Source of the DNA: a virus | Lineage: Duplodnaviria > Caudoviricetes | Reading direction: 5' to 3' (one strand) | DNA length: 24,095 nucleotides | IMG/VR virus record: IMGVR_UViG_3300005611_001279 | Coordinates: 1-24,095 of that record | In this document: positions 17,958-24,095 of the stretch, piece after piece | Numbering within the stretch: position 1 is the stretch's first letter | Layout of the letters: each line of letters opens with the position of its first letter | Program-made: the position numbers and the translations under genes | The notes under the pieces: model-generated | The model's input: only the letters and a program-made list of their open reading frames with translations | Databases searched by the model: none | Told to the model about the DNA's origin: nothing

Positions 17958-18207
17958 CTCTCCTCTCTTGCTCTCTCCGTTTACGCAACCGCTCCTCACG
18001 CCTGCGCTTGGAATTCTCGTTCCACTTGATGACTCGGTTGATGTCGTCGTACATCAAGGGGTTGCCACGCTGGAAAGCTCTCTCCCTTAGCTTTTCCATG
18101 CGACCGTTGCGCGACATGAAGTCGGCATAGCAGCGGTTGCAAATAGGGCGGCCCCCAAACACTAGCTGTGCTTGGGAGCCGCAGGTAGCGCAGTCCTCAG
18201 AAGTCAA
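17923..18207 (-). CDS. Small Zn-finger protein (start uncertain)
   Basis: CATC..x12..CNRC then a basic helix; fills the SSB-resolvase gap; TTG at 18207 overlaps the end of SSB. Confidence 0.5.
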   Translation of the reverse strand: MTSEDCATCGSQAQLVFGGRPICNRCYADFMSRNGRMEKLRERAFQRGNPLMYDDINRVIKWNENSKRRREERLRKRREQERRDGQQQAKGSKG

Positions 18208-18826
18208 AGTCTTCGTCCGACTCAGCGGCGTCTTCGGATGCGACTTGGGAGGGAGTATCGGGCCGCACACCCGACTCGTCGCGGAATCCGAAGCTGCTTG
18301 CGTCTCCACTATAGGAGTTGGCCTTGAGCACCTGAACAGCGCGGAGCTTGAGGCTCACGCCAATTCCCAAGGCGGGGACATTCCAAGCTGTAACCATCAG
18401 GGCGCACTTGATGATGGACCCACCGCCGACTTGCTCGTCAGTGGGCTGCGCGTCCGCTCCGATCAGCTGGACCTTGCGTTCAGCGGTCTGCCCGGAGGCA
18501 TCCTTGTAGACCGCCTTCTGCTTGCACTTGAAGATGATTCGACCAGTGGCCTCACCAGTGTCCTCATCCACCTCTTCCTCCCAGGGCTCCATAGCCAGAC
18601 GCGGCTTGGTCTTGCCCGTGTGGAGGCGTTGCACTGCTTCCTTGCGGAAGGCCGTGAGCTTCTCCAGAAGCTCCTTGCCATCATCACCTTCGAGCAGAAG
18701 GTTGACCTTGTAGACACCATCCTCATCGAACCGAGTGTCCGGGCTGTTGAGGCGCGGATACTGGGCGGTGCCAGCGGGAGTGGTGATGAACAGAGGTTTG
18801 ATGTCGTGTGTGTTGCGTGTCTTCAA
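18197..18826 (-). CDS. Single-stranded DNA-binding protein (T7 gp2.5-like)
   Basis: TP.G.A.YP.L..PD..F...G.YKV.L, VGGGS and GVSLKL.AVQV motifs; acidic tail ending in Phe (ESDEDFDF). Confidence 0.93.
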   Translation of the reverse strand: MKTRNTHDIKPLFITTPAGTAQYPRLNSPDTRFDEDGVYKVNLLLEGDDGKELLEKLTAFRKEAVQRLHTGKTKPRLAMEPWEEEVDEDTGEATGRIIFKCKQKAVYKDASGQTAERKVQLIGADAQPTDEQVGGGSIIKCALMVTAWNVPALGIGVSLKLRAVQVLKANSYSGDASSFGFRDESGVRPDTPSQVASEDAAESDEDFDF

Positions 18827-21234
18827 GAAACGAAGTACCTGCTTTTGAGAAGTCGTTTGATGTCAAATCCACCCTGCACTGGAGCAGGGGGGATGTCTGT
18901 AGTGGGCGGGAGGTACTGGCGGAACTCAGCTTCGAGGTCAGCCAGCAGGTCTCCGCTGAACACCTCATGGTAGGTGTGCTTGACGATGCGGACGATAGCA
19001 GCCACATCATCAGGAAGTCCAGCAAAGCTGTCGTGGATCACAGACAGTGAGTCGATGCCTTCAGCGCGAGCCCTGGCGCAGACCAGGTGGAGACAAGCAG
19101 CGTCAAAGCTGTGGATGACATTGGGGGCCACACCATCGGCCTGACCGCGCTTGTCGAAGCCATCGACTTCCTGCCGATACATCACGCGCACGCGCCCACG
19201 GCTGGCAAGTTGCACCTCACAGTCCTTGGTCGGCTTGGTGTGCATGAAGCACGGGAAGCCGCTGGGGCTTGTCCAGCGCACAGGCATATCGTTCTGCGTG
19301 TGGATGTCCGCGATCTTCCTCAGCCAAGCCATAGCGTTTCGGCTACTGCTGATGACCTGGCCGATAGCGGCCCAGACCTTGCCCGTGATCCACACCAAGT
19401 CAGAGAAGGGGACACCATCTCCTGAGACGAAGCCAGGCTTGCCGTGCTTCTTCGCATACGCGGTGTATTCCGCCACGATGTAGTCCTGGGCTGAGTGGCG
19501 CGTGCCCGAGTACGGGGTAATCATCACAGGCCGCTTGACCAGACTCCTGGGCAACTCGCCCCCGAAGTATTGCAGCCAAGGGCGGGCTTTGTCGGGGTCA
19601 TCCTCAAGCATCAACTTGCTTGCAGCAGCAGCAACCTGCAAGTAGATGTCCTGACGATCCTCGAGGTCGCCACAGTTAGTGGCCTCAGCGCCAACCTCAT
19701 CCCGCAAGAGCAGGCTATAGATAGCCAGACCGTTGCAGCTGCCATCTACATGACAAGGCAGGCGGATCTCCGCGTTGGGGTCATGGTGCCACCTACCGAA
19801 CTCCAAGCACCAAGCGAGGAACTGGAAGGGCTCGTCCTGCTCTGACCACCACATGCAGTCCAGGGGGTCTTCGCTGACTGCAAGGATCTGGTCCACATTC
19901 TCGTCCACCCAAGCGATGCGGTCTTCGAGCGACAGCTTGTCGTGCCCTGCGAGGTTAGCCCCAGTGATGTAGAACCAGTTGATCCCCGCCTCAGTGGTGA
20001 TGGGCTTGCCCTCACGGAACAACAGCAGAGAGCGGGCGATGTCGTCCCCTTGGGGACTCATGTAGGAGACATGGCTGTAGAGCCGCCCCCTGAAGTCAGC
20101 GAACCAAGGGAAGTAGAACCTATCGGCCTGCTTCATCGTCTTGGCAGTGAACAGCGTCTTGGCGATGTAGACCCTGCGGCTTGCGTTGCTACGCAGCTGT
20201 TCCCGGTGCATCTGGCCCGCACGCGCCATGTCCCTGCGTACTTCAATGGGCGCGTCCTCATCAGCCCTAGGCGGGGCAGGGGGATCAACCTCAGGCAGAC
20301 CAGGGACGGCTACCTCCGTCTCATACAGGTGGCTGATGACTTCGTAGACATCCGCATTCACTTGCCAAGGCACGGACTGGAGGGTGTTCATGCAGGCAAA
20401 CACTTGCTCCAACTGTGCGTCCTCCATGTGCCGCAGGTAGTCACGGTTACGGCTACGGACTGCGGGCTTCTGGATCACCTCAAGGTTGTGATATCCGCCC
20501 TCCCAGAGAGAGGTCCAGGGGCGCGGAAGCTCAACGCAGGGCATCCAAAATGGGCGCAGCACCTCAGCGTGCTCATGCGACTGCTTCAGGTACTCAAGTG
20601 TCTCCGCGGTGGGCTCGATGTACCTGTTCTTGCGGATCTGCCCGCGTGACACAGTGGTCTCATTGGCGATCTGGATGATGCCTGTGTATTCATTCAGAAG
20701 GTCCAGCATCAAGGCCCCGAACTGGATGCAAGTCTTGCGGTCCCAAGAGTCCTCTAGCCATGCGTTGCGCCGCCCGTAATCAAACATGATCTGGACTGCG
20801 CGGCGGGGGTTGCTCTTTTCACGCTTCTGCACCTGGGCAAAGAGGCGCGGGTTACGGGCACGGACCTCCTGAAGCACAAACTCATCAGACGCGGCTTGGC
20901 CGATCTGTGCTGATGCTGATGCGTACTTGCGCTTGTGGACGATCTGGTCCAAGACCACACGGCACACCAAAGCAGACAGAGCAAGGAAGTCGCCGCTCTC
21001 CTCACGGAAGCTCTCAACCTCTCTCAGGCTCGAGGCGTTCCTGCCTGCCTTCCCGTTCACCTGGGCGTACCAGTCCTTGATCCCGCGGTTCAGGCTGTGG
21101 ACGGCCTCCTTGGTAAGCGCGATGCCTGGACCTACACGGCTGGCGTACTTGTTCTTTTCGGCATTGGCGGCCAGGCTGCGGTAACGCTGGCGGCCAATCT
21201 CCGTCATCTGGCGCTCAAGGTCAGCTTGCTTCAT
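18823..21234 (-). CDS. Single-subunit DNA-directed RNA polymerase (T7 gp1-like)
   Basis: DFRGRLY, PQG.D, DGSCNG (motif A), R..VKRPVM..PY (motif B), APNVIHSFDA and IHDSF (motif C). Confidence 0.97.
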   Translation of the reverse strand: MKQADLERQMTEIGRQRYRSLAANAEKNKYASRVGPGIALTKEAVHSLNRGIKDWYAQVNGKAGRNASSLREVESFREESGDFLALSALVCRVVLDQIVHKRKYASASAQIGQAASDEFVLQEVRARNPRLFAQVQKREKSNPRRAVQIMFDYGRRNAWLEDSWDRKTCIQFGALMLDLLNEYTGIIQIANETTVSRGQIRKNRYIEPTAETLEYLKQSHEHAEVLRPFWMPCVELPRPWTSLWEGGYHNLEVIQKPAVRSRNRDYLRHMEDAQLEQVFACMNTLQSVPWQVNADVYEVISHLYETEVAVPGLPEVDPPAPPRADEDAPIEVRRDMARAGQMHREQLRSNASRRVYIAKTLFTAKTMKQADRFYFPWFADFRGRLYSHVSYMSPQGDDIARSLLLFREGKPITTEAGINWFYITGANLAGHDKLSLEDRIAWVDENVDQILAVSEDPLDCMWWSEQDEPFQFLAWCLEFGRWHHDPNAEIRLPCHVDGSCNGLAIYSLLLRDEVGAEATNCGDLEDRQDIYLQVAAAASKLMLEDDPDKARPWLQYFGGELPRSLVKRPVMITPYSGTRHSAQDYIVAEYTAYAKKHGKPGFVSGDGVPFSDLVWITGKVWAAIGQVISSSRNAMAWLRKIADIHTQNDMPVRWTSPSGFPCFMHTKPTKDCEVQLASRGRVRVMYRQEVDGFDKRGQADGVAPNVIHSFDAACLHLVCARARAEGIDSLSVIHDSFAGLPDDVAAIVRIVKHTYHEVFSGDLLADLEAEFRQYLPPTTDIPPAPVQGGFDIKRLLKSRYFVS

Positions 21235-21457
21235 GCTCGATGTCGTGAACCGTCTCGATCAGCCTCCTGAGATACCACTCAGCTTTGTGGAGATCCTGCA
21301 CTGCCTTGCCCTTGTAGCGGTAGCGCCACAGGTACTTGAGGGTGTTGCCCTTGCAGTAGGCAGCGAAGCCCTCCAGGTCCATAGACGCCTTGATGGCGTC
21401 GATGCACTCAACCTCACCTTGGTTGTAGTGCTTGGGCTGGTTCACAGGGTCAGTCAT
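21221..21457 (-). CDS. DUF3310-family protein (related to T7 gp1.7 nucleotide kinase)
   Basis: DPVN.P.HY..G.VECIDAI...GN..KYLWRY..KG....DL.KA.WYL. Confidence 0.88.
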   Translation of the reverse strand: MTDPVNQPKHYNQGEVECIDAIKASMDLEGFAAYCKGNTLKYLWRYRYKGKAVQDLHKAEWYLRRLIETVHDIEHEAS

Positions 21458-21555
21458 CAGCGGTGCCCTGAAAAGTCATCTGCACGGCCTGCTGCAACGC
21501 ACAGGGACCACATGAAGAGGAGAAGTCCACAGAGGAAAAGTAGTGCCAGAGTCAT
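21457..21555 (-). CDS. 32-aa hydrophobic membrane peptide, not in the ORF track
   Basis: Hand translation MTLALLFLCGLLLFMWSLCVAAGRADDFSGHR; AAGGA SD; TGATG overlap with the DUF3310 start. Confidence 0.6.
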   Translation of the reverse strand: MTLALLFLCGLLLFMWSLCVAAGRADDFSGHR

Positions 21556-21572
21556 GTCGTATCCTTTTGAAG

Positions 21573-21761
21573 TCAGTCGTTCATCTCCTCCAGCTGCCGC
21601 AGGCTTTCGAGGGCTCTGCGAAGCTCAGACTGGAGGCGGTCAGTTTTCTTCACCATGATCTGATGGACCTCTTCCTGAAGCTCGAGCCGCCTGCTCTGCG
21701 CCGCGATAATCTGCTTCAAGGTGTCAATCAGTATCTCGATCTGCTCGGAATGGTCAGCCAT
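21573..21761 (-). CDS. Small coiled-coil protein
   Basis: 62 aa with heptad-like L/I spacing; TGATG overlap with the DpdA-like stop. Confidence 0.65.
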   Translation of the reverse strand: MADHSEQIEILIDTLKQIIAAQSRRLELQEEVHQIMVKKTDRLQSELRRALESLRQLEEMND

Positions 21762-22438
21762 CAGTAGCTCTCGAAGAGTTCGGGGTGCCCCTCAGGCTGC
21801 TGGAAATACAGCCGATGAGGTTTCAGGCCTTCGCCGTGGTCTCGCAGGTAGTTGATTAGCCCCTGGATGCGCTGCTGGCCGCCCCGGAACCAGCCAGTCC
21901 CATCGCAGCTTTCTGCACCATGCTCATGGCAAGCCATCAGCCCGCGCAGGCTGTTGATCCTACCCACATGGACTCTAGGGAACTCTGCACACCATTCGCC
22001 CAGAGTGGACATCTTCCAATCGGTTGAGCCACCGATGAAGACAACATCCGGCTCGACCCCATGAGTGGCAAGATCAGACGGCTTCATGCCGTCCTGAGCA
22101 GCAAAAGCAAGGGGAGCACCATAACTGGCAACTCTGTCTTTCCACTTGTGCCAAAGCTCAAAGGTCGCTTCCGCGTCAGTCACGACATCGGGGACAACAA
22201 TCCACTGCGGGCGCACTGGACGGCCCACGGTCCACTCAAGGGCTTTCAGGAACTTGCCTTCATTCCACGGCTCCCCGTTAGTCCAAGCGGGGAACGCACC
22301 GTTGTCGATGGCATAGAAAGGGAGATGAGGGTACGGGCCACGCATTCCATCAGGGGGCAGTAGCAGGCCCATGCCCCCATACCTGCCCTGAAGGTAGTGC
22401 GTTCTCCAGCTAGTGCAGTTAGAGACCATGACGATCAT
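21761..22438 (-). CDS. dpdA: DpdA-like 7-deazaguanine DNA transglycosylase (TGT fold)
   Basis: AIDNGAF (cf. DSGAF/DSGGF), VVPDVV, QDG, FIGGS, VHVG and SCDGTGW (cf. S.DSSSW); ATGA-coupled to queC. Confidence 0.75.
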   Translation of the reverse strand: MIVMVSNCTSWRTHYLQGRYGGMGLLLPPDGMRGPYPHLPFYAIDNGAFPAWTNGEPWNEGKFLKALEWTVGRPVRPQWIVVPDVVTDAEATFELWHKWKDRVASYGAPLAFAAQDGMKPSDLATHGVEPDVVFIGGSTDWKMSTLGEWCAEFPRVHVGRINSLRGLMACHEHGAESCDGTGWFRGGQQRIQGLINYLRDHGEGLKPHRLYFQQPEGHPELFESY

Positions 22439-22986
22439 TTTCTGCCCTCGAGGCTTTGAGCCCTCAGGACGCAAGCACTGCAAACTCCGCATGGACCGTC
22501 AGGCCTGTAGCAGGAGTAGCTGACGAGTTCTGCATAGTCAGCCCCACTCTTCTGCATGATCTCCCTCTTGGTCATGTTGACATACGGGGCGTGGACAGTG
22601 ATGTCACATCCGCTGTGCGCCAGCATGGCGTTGCACAACTCGACAAACTCGCTGTCGCAGTCAGCGAAACCGTACCTGTCCTCTTTGCAGAAGCCGATGT
22701 AAAGCTCGCCTCCTCCACGCGAGTGCAGGATGTTTGACGCCCAAGCAACAAGCAGCATGTTCCGCGCAGGGATGATGTCCTCATGCTTTTCGGTCTGCAT
22801 GATCTTGCTGCGGACAAGCTCAATCCCCAGGTCTATGGCAGTCTTTTCAGCTGCCCACTGCTCTTTCGCAGTTGAGTGCGTCATCATCGCGTGGAACGCA
22901 AGAAGGTCTTTGTTCCCGCCTTCTTTCCAAAGGTTGTAAGCAAGGATTGTCGAATCCATGCCGCCGCTCAGAAGAATGCCCCGCAT
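22435..22986 (-). CDS. queC: 7-cyano-7-deazaguanine synthase QueC-like
   Basis: PP-loop LLSGGMDS, IPARN, F.DC..EF, K.EI and Zn site SCY..CGVCSAC..R; TGATG overlap with queE. Confidence 0.88.
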   Translation of the reverse strand: MRGILLSGGMDSTILAYNLWKEGGNKDLLAFHAMMTHSTAKEQWAAEKTAIDLGIELVRSKIMQTEKHEDIIPARNMLLVAWASNILHSRGGGELYIGFCKEDRYGFADCDSEFVELCNAMLAHSGCDITVHAPYVNMTKREIMQKSGADYAELVSYSCYRPDGPCGVCSACVLRAQSLEGRK

Positions 22987-23645
22987 CACTTCACCCCCCA
23001 GAACTTGTGGGCCTGTAGTGCCGCCAGCCATTGGCGTCCGTTGTGGTGCCTCTGGAGTCCGTCATCGTTGCTGCGCCGATTGAGCCGGATCACCGCGTCC
23101 GCCGTGGCGCGGGCGTTCTCCATCTCATTCGCCTTAGGCAGCCACAAAGGCGACAGGTAGTAGTACCAGAACCCCGTCGTGCGGCTCATCTCCAGCAACT
23201 CTTCGTCGCTCTGGCCCTGATACACCACGACCATCTCCTGACCATAGGTCTGCTTGAGGGTGCTGATGTGCGCCTTCGGGCTGACCGTCAGCCAGTCATA
23301 CGGGGCCTCGATAGCTTTGATCCCGCTGGTCTGAATGTGGACCTTGAGTCCAGCTTCCGATGCTGCCTTGACTAGCGGCAGAAAGGCAGGGCTCTGAGTC
23401 GGCTCACCGCCTGTGATGTGGATCCATCCGCCGTAGCCAAGAGACTCGAGGGCTTTGTCCACAACCGCCTGCACGGTGGTCCTGCTTCCAGAGTGAGCGC
23501 CAAAGCTGCGTGCTTCATCACACAAAGCGCGAATGTGGCACGCCTTGTAGCTACAGCCTGACAGCCTGATGAAATATTGAGCGACACCAGCCAGGTGCCC
23601 CGTGCCTTGGACAGTCAATCCTTGCGAGGTGTACCACAGGTCCAT
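22986..23645 (-). CDS. queE: 7-carboxy-7-deazaguanine synthase QueE-like radical SAM enzyme
   Basis: TVQGTG...G....FIRLSGC, ITGGEP, IQTSG, WLTVSPK and C-terminal LQAHKFWG; GGAGG SD. Confidence 0.88.
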   Translation of the reverse strand: MDLWYTSQGLTVQGTGHLAGVAQYFIRLSGCSYKACHIRALCDEARSFGAHSGSRTTVQAVVDKALESLGYGGWIHITGGEPTQSPAFLPLVKAASEAGLKVHIQTSGIKAIEAPYDWLTVSPKAHISTLKQTYGQEMVVVYQGQSDEELLEMSRTTGFWYYYLSPLWLPKANEMENARATADAVIRLNRRSNDDGLQRHHNGRQWLAALQAHKFWGVK

Positions 23646-23646
23646 A

Positions 23647-24093
23647 TCAGTCCTCCTCTCCATCGAAACAGCCACAAGCCAGAGGAGGAGCCTCAGGCCA
23701 CAGCTTCAGTTGTGCGTTGTCAGCCTCCACAAGAGACTGCCAGGAGTAGTTGCGGCCAAGACCTTGGACCGTGCCCAGGTTCTCCGCAGCGTTCTTCTCC
23801 ATAGCCACGGCACGCTCGAACAGATCCGGGCGGCGCTGGGCCAAAGCGATGACCTCTTGCTTGCGGTTAGCTGGGCAGAACCAGCAAGCAGACTTGCCAG
23901 GCGTAAACCCAAAGACCCGCTCACACGCTTCAAGGCACTCCTCCCTGGCCCACCCCCACTCAATCAGTGGACGGCGGTAAATGAACCTGGGGTCATCGGC
24001 TTCCTCCAGTGCCGCTGAACGGGGCGCCTCACCCGCGTCAATGCCGATCAGGCGCCACGTCTTCTGGCCCCTGCTCCAAAGATCGGCACAGGC
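23647..24093 (-). CDS. PAPS-reductase-like / adenine-nucleotide alpha-hydrolase family protein, C-terminal part (N-terminus outside window)
   Basis: The frame of the 65-aa track ORF is open to the window edge: ...LIGIDAGEAPR...YRRPLIEWGWAREEC...PGKSACWFCP...CGCFDG. Confidence 0.7.
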   Translation of the reverse strand, partial: ACADLWSRGQKTWRLIGIDAGEAPRSAALEEADDPRFIYRRPLIEWGWAREECLEACERVFGFTPGKSACWFCPANRKQEVIALAQRRPDLFERAVAMEKNAAENLGTVQGLGRNYSWQSLVEADNAQLKLWPEAPPLACGCFDGEED

Positions 24094-24095
24094 GC

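Noticed and set aside
1-24095. tRNA genes, CRISPR arrays, integrase or att sites, terminal repeats
   Set aside because: None seen; the window is almost fully coding and internal to the genome.

Overview
This window is a 24-kb internal segment of a GC-rich T7-like podovirus (Autographiviridae-like). All supported genes lie on the minus strand and are densely packed, many with TGATG or ATGA overlaps. In transcription order (right to left) it encodes: a DNA-modification cassette (PAPS-reductase-like protein truncated by the window edge, QueE, QueC, DpdA/TGT-like transglycosylase); small ORFs including a DUF3310/gp1.7-like protein; single-subunit RNA polymerase; SSB; a Zn-finger ORF; Hjc-type resolvase; HTH protein; HNH nuclease; primase-helicase; family A DNA polymerase; a free-standing LAGLIDADG endonuclease; exonuclease; then portal, scaffold, three inserted ORFs, major capsid, tail tubular A/B and internal virion proteins (the last truncated). 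The main highlight is a compact, divergent 7-deazaguanine DNA-modification operon with an extra PAPS-reductase-like enzyme just upstream of the RNA polymerase. Also notable are an HNH gene fully overprinted by both neighbours, a structured capsid leader RNA, and CA-rich start regions that lack a Shine-Dalgarno (SD) motif. All calls rest on motif recognition and synteny; no database searches were run.
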